Counted from the stretch's first letter, positions 34,001 to 45,816 are shown. The stretch is DNA of 64,000 nt from Camelus dromedarius (GCF_036321535.1 NC_087447.1:8556001-8620000), one strand, 5' to 3'. Program-made: numbers and translations. Notes: generated from the letters alone by a model not told the origin.

Positions 34001-37000
34001 TCCAGAGAAGGGAGGGGCCGGCACCAGCCTCGACGGGACCTCAAAGAACTGGTTTAAGATTACAGTGAGTAATTTGGGGCTATTATAAATAAAGCTGCTG
34101 TGAACATTCTTGCACGTGTTTTGGTGGATGCATGTGCTTGTTTCTCTTGAATAAATGCTCTTTTGGGTCAAAGGTAGGCAAATATTTAGCTTTGATCAAT
34201 ACTGCCAAGCAGTTCCCCAGTATACACTCCCAACAGCAATATAGCAAAATTCCAGTTGATCCACATCCTTGCCAATGCATTTTAATTTTTAGCGTTCTGC
34301 GGCATATGCAGTAAAATATAATAATGGCTCTGATTTGCATTTCCCAGGTGTCAAATGATATGTAGAACACTCTGTGTATTCTTATTGGTCCATTTAGATA
34401 TGCTTTCTATGGCATGTCTTTTTCTTGCTGACTTGTTAGTTGTTTTATTTTTTTAAGATATTTTGAATACTAGTCTTTTGTTAGATAAATGTATTGTCAA
34501 CATCTTCTCCCAGTCTAAGTCTTGTCTTTTCACTCTCTTGTGTATTTCAATGGACAAAAGTACAGAATTTCTGAAATATAATAAGTCCTAATTTATTAGT
34601 TGAAAAATAAAAGATTACAGTGAGTATCTTGGAAGGCAGATGGTGCAGGGGAGCTTGGGGCCTGGGTTCAGAGTGAAGGTGATTTTTTTTCACATTACAA
34701 AATCTGTCTTCTCAACTGTTGTCTCCACAGTCAGCTATCCATTCTTTCTTGTAAGAATCAGTATCTTAGAACACCCAAGAGTAGGTTCAGAAAAGAAGGG
34801 GGCAGGCAGTATGGGGAGGCCATCTAAAGGGAAATGTGATAACTGTGGTTGGGAAGTGGAATAACTCCGCCCAGTGTCTCCTCTCCATCTGACTCAAGTT
34901 GAGTGTGGAGGTGGGTCTCTTGAGTTCTCTGAGGGGCAGCAGTTTATAAATAACATCTTGGAACTTTTAGAATCAAATAATTTGATTCTTTCGAAGAATT
35001 GTAAGTATAAATGGACAAAAAGGAAGTTTAAGGAATTCATGTCTGGCTTGCCTAGAAATCCTTTAATTGATTCTTTCTTTAGAAAATCTTTTAAAGCTTG
35101 GTAGGTGATATTAAAGGAGCACTAGGGTGGGTCTGCTGTTCAGCCTTGTTACATGTTGTTGGCTTCTCTTCTTTCTCTTGTCCAGATTCCCTATGGCAGG
35201 AAATACGACAAGTCATGGCTCTTGAACATGATTCAGAGCAAGTGCAGTGTCCCTTTCACTCCCATTGAGGTAAGATAAGGCCCAAGTGGCCAGTGGGCAC
35301 CACAGAAGGCAGAGGTACCACCTGGGCGGGGGGCTCTGGGCTCCAAATCTAATGCTCCTGTTTCCTCCTCTTGCAGTTTCACTATGAAAACACACGGGCC
35401 CAGTTTTTTGTTGAGGACGCCAGTACCGCCTCTGCATTAAAGGCTGTCAACTATAAGATTTTGGATCGGGAGAACCGCAGGGTGCGTGTAAAGGGCCTGG
35501 CTTGGCTGGGGTGGGGACTGGTGCTCAGGGCATGGACTGGGTCTTTGTCCTGGGGTCCAGGCGTCCCTAGTGTTCACCCTTGCCCATGTGTGTCTTCCCC
35601 GCAGATATCTATCATCATCAACTCCTCTCCTCCGCCCCACAGTGTGCAGAACGAACTGAAGCCAGAACAAGTAGAGCAGCTCAAGGTGAGGCAGGCTCCG
35701 CAGTGGGTACTTCCACCCCAGTCCTCCCAGCTCTCCACTCCGCGCCCTCACCCCCACCCACAACCCCAGTGAGCACTGAACCCTTTTTCTTCCTCTGCAG
35801 CTTATCATGAGTAAACGATACGATGGCTCCCAACAAGCACTTGACCTCAAGGCCCTCCGTTCAGACCCAGGTACTGTCGGTAGCAGTAATATGTAGATAG
35901 ATGGAGGCAGAGGAGGGGGCTCTGTCAGGCAGGGAGAGTTTGAGGGTGGTTTGGTACTGACGCTGGCCTGGCCCTCTCAGACTTCCTTTCCTTCCTGAAG
36001 ATTTGGTGGCACAGAACATTGATGTTGTCTTAAATCGTCGAAGCTGTATGGCAGCAACCCTGCGAATCATCGAAGAGAACATCCCTGAGGTGAGGCCTTT
36101 GTCCCATTCGGAGGGGAAGCAGGGTGGGGTGGGTAGCCAAGGGTTGGGAGGCAGGGTTGTCTCTAATCCCCTTGCTGGTGGTGCTTCCTCTAAACTCTTC
36201 TCTCCCCACAGCTATTGTCCTTAAACTTGAGCAATAACAAGCTGTACAGACTGGATGACCTGTCCAGCATTGTGCAGAAAGCACCCAATCTAAAGATCCT
36301 GAATCTCTCTGGAAATGAGGTGAGATTGGGAGCCTGGTTGTGTTTGGAGTGGGGCAGGCAGAGGGTGGAGAGAGCTTGCCTGATGATGGCAAGAGACAAG
36401 GGAGGGCATTTTAGAGACGAGGCCAGGGGTTGGGGGTGTGGGGATCTTGCTGGCTCTCTTTACCAGGGTCTCTTTCCTGCCTTTTCCTCCCATCCTTGGC
36501 AGCTAAAGTCCGAGCGGGAGTTGGACAAGATAAAAGGGCTGAAGCTGGAAGAGCTGTGGCTCGACGGAAACACCCTGTGCGACACCTTCCGAGACCAGTC
36601 CACCTACATCAGGTCAGTTGTAGCCTCTGTCTCCCCTCCTGGGGACCTTCACCCCCTGGGAGGCTGAGCTGATGCACCCTGACCAGTGCCCGTCTGCAGG
36701 AGATGTGCAGCCCTGAGCTGGAACCACCTGTCCTTGGGGAGGATCACGTGCTCTTCCCTTTCGTCTGTCGTGTCACCCAGCTTTGCCCCACATCTCCTTT
36801 CTTTCCTCACCTGACTGCCTGGTTGCTGGTTCTGTGGCCTTTTTCCTTCCTTCCTGAACACAGCCTTTTCTAGAATCTCCCAACCCTTTTGTTCCAAGAA
36901 GAGCATCTCCCCTTTTTTACCATGGCTAAGGGGTATCCCTATACATGGAGTTGCCTTGAGCCAAGAGCCTGGTTCCACGGGGCGGAGAAAGCCCTCCCTC

Positions 37001-40000
37001 CCTGGGAATTCATGCTGATGGGCCTTCCCTCCTCTGTCCGATGATGGCCCCGCTTGTCCTTTTGTCAAGAGGGGCTCTCTTCTCACAGTCTGCTTGTCCA
37101 AGGCTGTTGCCCAGGCTTTCCTGCCCGTGCTGAGGTTGAGGCCTCCTGGTGGCTGGTGCCATGCAGTCTGTCTCTCTCACCCAGTGCTGTGAGCTGGGCC
37201 CTCCAAAACCTGGGTTCCCTGAGACATGTGACCAGAGCCGGGGCCCCGCCAGTAGGCGAGGGAATCCCAAGGCAGGTGCTGGGCGTGGAGGCCATGGGGG
37301 CATAGGCTACCAAGGAGACAGAGAACTGACCCTCTCTGGGGGCGCTGCTCCTCCCTCACTCGCACACCTCACATCACCCTGCTTGGCCCCGGAGGATGGC
37401 TGGTTAGCCAGAGACGGGTAAGATTCCTCAGGGAAGGAACAACCTAAGACAGGCACAGTCGCAGAGGGGCCATCAGGAGAGAACTTGGGGGCCAACAGAG
37501 GTGGGGCACAGACCCTCACCCCCCCAACTTTGCAGGGGCCTGAACCCTCACCCCTTCTGAGGGAGGTCTCCTGCCCCCATGGCTGCTTTGCTTCCCACGC
37601 CCAGCTCAGATCGGGACCCAGGTAGCAGACAGACCTGGCCGGCAGCAACTGCCCTCTCACCACAGTAAGGATGTTTCCTGTCGCTGCCTTGGAGCACGGG
37701 GAAAGGGCAGCCGAAAGGAAGGGCTGTGTCAGGTGCCTTCTTCCCTTTGTTCTCCCTCTTCCTTCTAAATGCCTCTTTGCCTTGTAGTGCTTTCGCCTTT
37801 TCTTTGCTTTCTCTTTCCTTTTTCTCTCTACTCGCCTGCATCTCCCTCATCTCTCCTGTGCCTCCTCCTCTCCTACCTCTTCTCTCTTTCTCATCTCCTT
37901 TCCTTCCCTCTCGTCTTCCTGCCCTCCCTTGCCTCCCGAACCCTGCCTTGCTTGTCTCCCTGCCCCAACATCCTGTGCCATCCCTGTGGTGTGTTCTGGT
38001 CTTGGCCACGGCCAGACCTGGCAGAAGTGATGGATACCTGTTGAGGCAGCGGAGCCCCTGGGCTCCCACCCCATTCCCTCTTCCCGGGGCTGCACAGGTG
38101 AGTAGGTGGAAGGTAAGGGGGGCTGGGAGGGAAGGAAGTCCTGGCTTAAAGCCTGGGCTGGGAGCGCTGCTCCTGTGGCGCTCGGGGTCAGGCAGAGAGA
38201 AGAGAGAGTCGGCCTTCAAGGCAGACATTTCTGGGTGCCCCGGGTGTGGTGGGGAGTGGGGCTATTTTTCGTGGAGCTCAGAGGCTGGGGAAGAGTGAGA
38301 GGATGAGCAGGATGGGATAGGCTGTCCCTCGGGCATTGGTGTATTTGCTCCTAGAGCAGCCCAGGAGGCACGGTGGCTCTGAAACATCACTCACTTCTGT
38401 CCCGTTCTTGACAGCGCCATTCGTGAACGATTTCCCAAATTATTACGCCTGGTAAGTCCCTAACTTTTTTTATTCTCTTCTGAGGAACATAGTATCGCCT
38501 ACCCTCAAAGTCTTGCCTCATGTATTTGTATGACCACTAATTTTAGGACACAGAGGACTTTGAGGATCTGAGAAAGACTATAGTTCTCTTTTCTAGAAAA
38601 ATGCCTATAGCCAAAGAAAATTTGCATCTCTCAGGTTTCATGGATCCTTTCCATTTCTCTTTTACATTTGACCTCTGTCCCTCATCTTTTTACTCATCCA
38701 GCCCTTTTTCTCTGATTTACACTATCAACTTTCATTTCCCTACTGCAGGATGGCCACGAGTTACCCCCTCCAATTGCCTTTGATATTGATGCCCCCACGA
38801 TGTTACCGCCCTGCAAGGTGAGTGGTGGGGAGGTGGGCACAGAGTTAGAAATAGTGTTGGGAGGAGAGTACAGCTTACATGGTCCTAATATCTGTTTGAT
38901 TCCAGGGAAGCTATTTTGGAACAGAGACCCTGAAGAATCTGGTCCTGCACTTCTTGCAGCAGTAAGTGTCCCAGGGCCCCTGAGGCTGGGGAGCGGTGGG
39001 CCTGCCCCAGGACGGCTTACTCTTGGGAGCCATCAGTCCCTTTGTGGATACAGACCGTGGAGCTCAGACCTTCCCTTTTGGTTTCCCCGTAGGTACTATG
39101 CGGTTTATGACTCTGGAGACCGGCAGCGGCTCCTGGATGCCTACCATGATGGGGCCTGCTACTCCCTGAGCATTCCTTTCACCCCCCAGAACCCCGCCCG
39201 GTGAGTGTCACATCCCATAACCTGCCCAGGACCAGAGTTTCTCAACAAGTATAGGTCAGCACCTGCTAGCATCCACACTGCTCTGACCACTGCCTCCTTT
39301 TCCTCTCATTCCCCCAGAAGCAACTTGGCCGAGTACTTCAAGGATAGCAGAAATGTGAAGAAGCTTAAAGACCCTAGTAAGTGTGTGACGTGAGCAAAAT
39401 AAGTTGGGAGAAGGAGATGGCATGGAATCAGTCTGGGCTCAGAGTGCATGGCATCTCCTAACCTTGAGTTCTCCTCTGTCCATAGCCCTGCGGTTCCGGC
39501 TACTGAAGCACACACGTCTCAACGTGGTGGCCTTCCTCAATGAGTTGCCCAAAACTCTGCACGACGTCAATTCCTTTGTGGTAGACATAAGCGCCCAGAC
39601 AGTAAGCACCTAATTCTTCCCTGACAGAAGCCTGGAATGGGGAAGGGGCAGTTAAGAGGCAAGGGGCTCTGGCTGGGAGTCTGACAGTAACGCACACTGC
39701 TGCTTCTCTTTCAGAGCACATTGCTATGTTTTTCTGTCAACGGAGTCTTCAAGGAAGGTAAGGATTTTTGGAGTCCTGAGTTAGCAGAGTTCCCTCTCCC
39801 GGCTAGTCATTCTCAGCACTTTGGGCTTCCCAGCCACCTTCTCTTCTCTCTTCCTCCCCAACCTCCTTCTCCTAGTCTGCCCCTACGCCATCTTTATTTG
39901 GCCTACCCTCTCCACCCATCTTTCATGTCTGGGATATGGGAAAAGCCTGAGGATTAGAAAGACACAGACTTTGGAGTCAGGCAGGTCTGAGCTTCCATCC

Positions 40001-41788
40001 CAATCTTGGTCCTCGGTGTCTGTGGGCAATTTATGTCACCTCTGAGCCCGAGTCTTTATTTGTAAAAGGAAGGGGTTAGTGATAGCCATCTCGTAGTGGT
40101 GCTATGGGGAGTAAATGAAGTGACCTAGAAAGGCCTAGCACACACATCCTCTATTAGTGCGATAATAATGTTACTGTTACTGTCTCCCCGGCCCCTGTCA
40201 CTCCTCCCCTGCTCTGCTTCCCTGTGCACACATAATCAACCCTGTCTACCCATTTAGGGATCTTTGTATCAAATAAGACCATGAGTGACTCTAAGGGGTT
40301 GTCACCATTGTTATCTCTGCAGTGGACGGAAAGTCTCGGGACTCTTTGCGAGCCTTTACCCGGACATTCGTTGCTGTTCCTGCCAGCAATTCAGGGTGAG
40401 TGTTGGACTTACCATATGGGGTCCCAGTCCCAATCCATGGCCACCAGTGTGAAAATGAGGGAGAGTGGAGCCAGTCCTTTGGGTATTTTCAGAACTTCAG
40501 AAAGGCAAGAGGGGATCGGAGGAGGCTCACACAGTGGTGAAGAGCTCTGGAGTCCATAGCCCACTGTCTGGGTTTTTCATCCTGGCTCCACCACTTCTAG
40601 CTAAGGGCAAGTTTTCTCATCTGAAAATTGATTTAATGATATTCACATCCTAAGTCTTTTGTGAAGATGAATGAGGACTAAGAACTGTGGGTTGGGGGAG
40701 AATGTATAATTCTGGTGTGTTTGATAGATGATCCCATATACATGGAGTCCATGGGAAAGGGGGTAAATAACAAAGGCGCCTTCTGGGTATCGAAAGAATC
40801 TGAGTGTCAAGTGTCAGTGAGAGTAGGAATGATGTTGGGAGGATGAGGTTTTCTGTCTAGCTGTCTAAGGTGCTTTCTGTCCCCAAGGCTGTGCATCGTA
40901 AATGACGAGCTGTTTGTGCGGAACGCCAGCCCTGATGAGATCCAAAGAGCATTTGCCATGCCTGCTCCCACACCTTCCTCCAGCCCAGTGCCCACCCTCT
41001 CCCCAGAGCAGCAGGAGATGCTGCAGGCGTTCTCTACTCAGTCTGGCATGAACCTGGAGTGGTCCCAGAAGTGAGTACTGAGCATGTGTAGGAATAGGGG
41101 TAAACTGAGGGAGGGCTGGTAGTGAATAATGAATGCCCTTAAAATTTGTAAAGCAGGAACTTTGAACTTTTTTTATTGCTTAAAAAAAGTTCATACAAAA
41201 ATTTTCCCTATGCAGAAATTAGCATAATTAAATGTAAAGCCAAAATGAAGTATCTTTTTTTAATACTGTTCACTTACTTGTCAGTAAACATCTTACATCT
41301 TTTTCTATTTGTATAAAAATTACCTTAGCCTTGTTTCTATTAGCTACTTAATAGAAATAGATAGCAATTTAATATTTGTTTGTATTTGAAAGACCATTGA
41401 TGAACATTAAGATCTTTACAAATTTTTCATTTGTATAAATAGTGCAAGAATGTATATAATTGTTGGCAGTCTCAGGCAAGTGTTTCCATAGACTGGATTT
41501 TAAAGTGGCACTTACTGATCAGGGTGACTGCATTTTGGTTCTAATGGGGGTGCCTGTTCTTGCCCTAATCCAGGTGCCTTCAGGACAACGACTGGGATTA
41601 CACCAGATCTGCCCAGGCCTTTACTCATCTCAAGGTAAGGTTTGGGACTAGGTGGGAAAAGGGGATCTCCAGGCCTTCAAGAGGGGCCAGTAAGCTGGGG
41701 GCATAGGCTTGGGCCACCTGACTCTACTGACCTTTTATTTTTCTCTAAGGCCAAGGGCGAGATCCCAGAAGTGGCGTTCATGAAGTGA
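31097..41788 (+). CDS. NXF1: Nuclear RNA export factor 1 (TAP), 618 aa, 21 exons
   Basis: Exons 31097-31124, 33505-33688, 33911-34064, 35186-35269, 35377-35481, 35605-35685, 35801-35870, 36001-36089, 36212-36319, 36503-36612, 38415-38451, 38749-38817, 38906-38961, 39093-39200, 39318-39376, 39486-39601, 39715-39757, 40323-40395, 40888-41070, 41574-41634, 41750-41788. 1857 nt, all GT-AG; MADEGKSY...[13 protein letters not shown]. Confidence 0.97.
32368..33013 (-). mobile_element. L1 3' fragment in NXF1 intron 1, partly masked
   Basis: Poly-T followed by GTTGAAGTAAGGTTGGTTTACAAT...TAGATTCCACATACAAGTGAT...CCAGGAGTGGAATTG. Ns at 32740-32889. Confidence 0.85.
34075..34570 (-). mobile_element. Old L1 ORF2 3' fragment, antisense
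   Basis: GCTGCTGTGAACATTCTTGCACGTG...CACATCCTTGCCAATGC...TTTGCATTTCCC. Confidence 0.75.
36613..36667 (+). CDS. NXF1: Alternative C-terminus of short NXF1 (intron-10-retained isoform, 355 aa total)
   Basis: Read-through of the exon 10 donor gives ...[22 protein letters not shown] (TGA 36665-36667), matching the short NXF1 tail as recalled. Confidence 0.8.
37395..37465 (+). promoter_or_regulatory. Constitutive transport element (CTE) RNA element in NXF1 intron 10
   Basis: GCCAGAGACGGGTAAGATTCCTCAGGGAAGGAACAACCTAAGACAGGCACAG carries both MPMV-CTE loop strands (GACGGGTAA; AACCTAAGACAGG) around a TTCCT/AGGAA stem. Confidence 0.88.
37730..37960. repeat. Pyrimidine-rich low-complexity tract
   Basis: About 230 nt dominated by C/T within NXF1 intron 10. 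Confidence 0.8.
39945..40170 (+). mobile_element. MIR relic
   Basis: ACAGACTTTGGAGTCAGGCAGGTCTGAG...TCTTTATTTGTAAAAGGAAGG. Confidence 0.7.
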
Positions 41789-42253
41789 TCCATAGTCTTG
41801 CCCCAGAAAAAGACCTCTGTAAATAGCCCGTGAATATATTGATGTCTCCTTGTCATGGTTGTCTCCTCTCCGGCCCGAGGCCACCCTATGACTGTGACCG
41901 AGCCGAGGAGAGGGAGGGCTGCTGGATCCCTCTCCTCACCCGCCTTCTGGAAGACTTCCAGGAGATTGAGCCTCTCTGGTGCCAGGAAGCCAAAGCTTAC
42001 TTTGTAGAACTGACACTAAACTACCCGAAGGACTTAGGTGCTTTGTGTACTTAACCCCAAGATCCTCCCTACTTTTTAAGATAAAGAGTGATGTTGTATT
42101 TTGTGTCAAGTGTGCTGGATTGCTTTAGCCTTGCCCCTTCCGCCAGCAAGGGCGGGGACAGAGTCCCAGGGGTGGGCCCGGGGTTGACAGACGGAACCTG
42201 AGGGGGGCGGGGCGATAGCAGGAAGTCCCGCCCCGGATGCGGCGCGCAGGGTC

Positions 42254-43274
42254 ATGGCTGCACACGGGCGGCGGGGGTCTGCGCGGCTATTCCTAGCGCT
42301 GAAGTCCCTGCCGGTGCTTCGGCCCCTGCATGACGTGACCCCACCACGGGACGTGCTGCTCTTTGAGCACGAACGGGGCCGCTTCTTCACTGCCCTCGGG
42401 CTGTTCTGCACTGGCCAGGGCGTCTTCTGGGCCTCCCTGGCCATTGCAGCCTTGACCCGCCCCCCGGTCCCGGCCCGGCCTCCGGACACCGAGCCTCCAG
42501 ATCGCAGCCGCCTGGACCTTCGCTCTGCGCTCTGGCGGTACGGCCTGGCCGTCGGCTGTGGCGCCATCGGTAAGGTGTGGGCTGCCTTCCCGGCGCGGGG
42601 ACGCGGTGGGTGGGCACAGTCCTTCCTGCTCAGACAAGAGTAAGGGGCTCCCGACTCTCCAGGATGAGGAGGGGTGGGCAGCTGCAGTACACTGGAGTTG
42701 TTAAGTTTCCGCGTACCAAGCACTCGGACAGGCTCAGGCTGAGGTCTGCCTCTCTCTGACCTTGAGCAAGTTAGTGCTTATGCTCTGGGCCCGTTTTCTC
42801 GTGTTTTAAAATGAGGATGGACATCTTTTAAGGCTGTTGAGAGAGCGACTAATACACGATTGGAGTATAAGAGGAGCTAAGTAAATATCACAATTATTTA
42901 TTTTGTTCAGGGAGCACTGGAAGGGTTGCTGCTTAGCTCTCCAGTGAAAGCCCCTGTTCCCAATCTTTGCTCTTCCTTCAGGTACCCTGGTACTTGGTGC
43001 TGGTCTTCTCTTCTCCCTCCGCTCTGTGCGCTCAGTGATCCTGAGGGCCGGAGGGAAGCAAGTGACCCTCACCACTCATGCCCCCTTTGGCTTGGGTGCC
43101 CATTTCACCGTTCCCTTGAACCAAGTGTCCTGCATGGCCCACCGGGGTGAAGTCCCTGCCATGCTGCCTCTGAAGGTCAAAGGCCGGCGCTTCTACTTTC
43201 TTTTGGACAAAGCTGGACATTTTCCCAATACCAAACTCTTTGACAACACTGTAGGTGCCTACCGTAGCTTGTGA
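42254..43274 (+). CDS. TMEM223: Transmembrane protein 223 (mitochondrial), 202 aa, 2 exons
   Basis: Exons 42254-42569 and 42982-43274; 609 nt. Contains DVLLFEHERGRFF, LWRYGLAVGCGAIG and GRRFYFLLDKAGHFPNTKLFDNTVGAYRSL*. Confidence 0.95.
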
Positions 43275-43390
43275 AGAGACAAGAAACAACCTCAGATCAC
43301 TCACCCCTCCCAGAGGGGAAGAAAAACTGAACCTTAGGGATGGGGTGACAACTAGGGTCATACAAGGGGCCACAAAATTCATTAACAGCA

Positions 43391-43396
43391 AATAAA
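43391..43396 (+). terminator. TMEM223 polyadenylation signal
   Basis: AATAAA 116 nt after the stop. Confidence 0.7.
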
Positions 43397-43716
43397 AGAG
43401 CAGTCATCCCCAGGGCAGCTACCTGCCAGTACCTCTAAGTTTTGATCATGCCTCTTTAGCCTTCACCCATTACTCCCATCCACCTACCCACAGTGCTGTA
43501 ACACCAAGAACTCAGTACTGAGGTGAAGGAAGAAAGTAATATAATACTTTGGTACAAAAACAGCCATAGGAAGAGAGGAAGAGGTGGCCTGTCGTCATGT
43601 TTCCCTCCTGGAGGGAAAACAGACTCCCAGAATACACAAGGCTATGTAGGGGCAAGAGGATTGCAGGCACTTAGGCATGGATTCTTTGGCGGCAGGAAGT
43701 ACTCTTTGGTTATTCT

Positions 43717-45721
43717 TCAGGAATGGGAAAGGCGTGGCCCAACAAGAGCATCTGTCTCAGAACTCCACTCAGGGTCCCCCCTCTCCAGAGGCCGGTATGG
43801 GGTGGCTTCAGACTTCCACTGCAGGACCTGGAGCACCAAGACCACACACCACAATACCAGATTCACCCAAGAAGAGGTCTGTGGGAGACAGGAACAGAAG
43901 TGTGAGGAGTGGGGCCATCTCGAATCCCGTTCCACCCACATACCACTCTTAGCTATTCACTGTTGGGCTGTCAAGCCCTTCAGCATCTCTCAGCCTCTTG
44001 CTGGTGGGCCAAGCTCAGAGTACACTAGTGAGCACCTTTACAACTACAGATTGTATTATATGATTCATCATACGAATCTGTGTATCCCTCAATCTCCACC
44101 CAGTCTTTTACATCCCAGGACCTCACTTCAGCATTGTGTAGGTTGGAGTAAAACTGCAGAGTGGTTCCAGGGGGTATCCATGGAGTTTTCTGGGCATCAG
44201 AGCAGCTGTGAGGTCAAAGAGACAGTTGTGAGAAACGGGGGATATACCCCAAACACCCTTGCACTCAGGTGCCCTTTGAGACAGAACTGATGGGGATATA
44301 AAAAGAGGAGTATAGGATCCCGTCTGCAGAGGGAAGGTAATCACCCCCAGCCAGGCTCCCCTCCCTCTCCCATTACCTAGTAGTTATGTTCAGGGGGATG
44401 ATGGATTTGCAGAGGGAACTGGTGCCAAATCGAAGGATACAAGCAGACACTAAGACCAGGAAGATGGCTATAGCTGAGATGGCCAGCGCCATGCGGAGCC
44501 CTTTCGGGCCTCTATGAAGAGGGAGAAAGTAAGCCTTGTGGTTGAGGTGGGACTCCTCCCACCTCAACCGCTGGCCCTCGGAGTGGGCAGTCACCTGTGG
44601 GAGTCCTCGATGCAGCTGGTGTAGACCCAGAACAGCAGGACCAGGAGACAGTAGAGGGCCAGCAGGCCAGAGGCCCCAGCCACAAAGTAGCAGAGGGATG
44701 GGGCCGAGGGTCGGGACAAAACCAGGGAGGAGCCATTCAGGGCGGCCACACCATACAGGGGACAGCTGCCACTGAAGGAGCCCTGTGGAAAGAAGCTACT
44801 GAGTGCTAGATTTCAAGCTAGTGCCTATGGATGCATGGCAGGTGTCAGGAATAATCTAATCAGGGCCACCCTAGTAAGTTATTTGTGCACTGTTGGTTCC
44901 TGTTTCTGGGCCAGTAGATTAATGGGTCTGCTGGGGAAATCAAACCTGCGGTGACCAGAAGGATCAGGAAATAGGCGGTGGTTATAAAATACAATGAGCT
45001 TCAGGTGCCTCACAAGTTCTGGTCTCCCCTCGTGCAGAAATCCTAGAGTAAAACCAGAACTCGTGTAACCTCCAGTTATCTCCATGTTTTCTAATCTGTA
45101 AGATAGGCATAATAGTGCCTATTTACAGGAATTAAATGAGCCTGTTTATTAACACGATTGTCTGGCTAGGGTAAACACTCGATGTAAATTATTGTCTTTT
45201 GCTACATCACTCTTGTCATTTAACACGTTGTGTTGCAGCCATTTGGTACTTTGACCACCTCCACTACACTGTGCTCTATTTCTTGGTGTAGCTCAGCACA
45301 GTAGTGTCTGATTTAAAGGGGGCCTGGGTCAACTTCTTTCAGAAACAGGGTAAGGTTAGGCAGCGGGAGCCACCTATGCTGTTAGATGCTCTCTAGGACT
45401 CGTTCCTCTGCCGAAGCAATGACTTCGAAGTATGAGGGCCGACGGAGCCACAGGGTGCGATGAGCCCCGATGCATCTCCGCAGCCGACCGGCCTCACCCC
45501 ACCCACCGGCTGCAAGGTGCAGCGCGCGGAGACCCGACCGGCCCTTAGCAGCGGTGTCTCCGTATTAGAATCGACCTGTCCCCCGCCTACCCGACCCGAC
45601 GGCCGACTTCGCCCCGCAGCCACACCTGGGTTTGAGTCAGCGCCGCGGCAGCCAAGGCTCCGCACAGGAAGGCGGCAGCGAAGAGCGCGAGCTCAACGCG
45701 CTGTGACCACGGAAGCGCCAT
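43717..45721 (-). CDS. TMEM179B: Transmembrane protein 179B, 219 aa, 5 exons
   Basis: Exons (minus) 45721-45626, 44782-44595, 44511-44377, 44205-44127, 43878-43717; 660 nt. MALPWSQRVELALFAAAFLCG...GSFSGSCPLYG...SSETDALVGPRLSHS*. Confidence 0.95.
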
Positions 45722-45802
45722 AGCACCCTCCCCACCTAGAAGCGCCGCCGCGGGAGCCAGCCCCCAAGCCCCGCCTCATCCGGCGCGACGCACGAGCGCG
45801 AA

Positions 45803-45816
45803 GACGTCACTTCCGG
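45803..45816 (-). promoter_or_regulatory. ETS-CRE composite (CCGGAAGTGACGTC) of the TMEM179B promoter
   Basis: Lies ~80-95 nt upstream of the TMEM179B ATG within a CpG island. Confidence 0.65.

Noticed and set aside
37548-38298. 226-aa and 190-aa ORFs in NXF1 intron 10
   Set aside because: Products of the pyrimidine/purine low-complexity tract (Leu/Ser/Pro- or Arg/Glu/Gly-rich); no domain features.
43523-44290. 255-aa plus-strand ORF antisense to TMEM179B exons 4-5
   Set aside because: Non-ATG start, overlaps real exons on the opposite strand, and shows no recognisable protein similarity.
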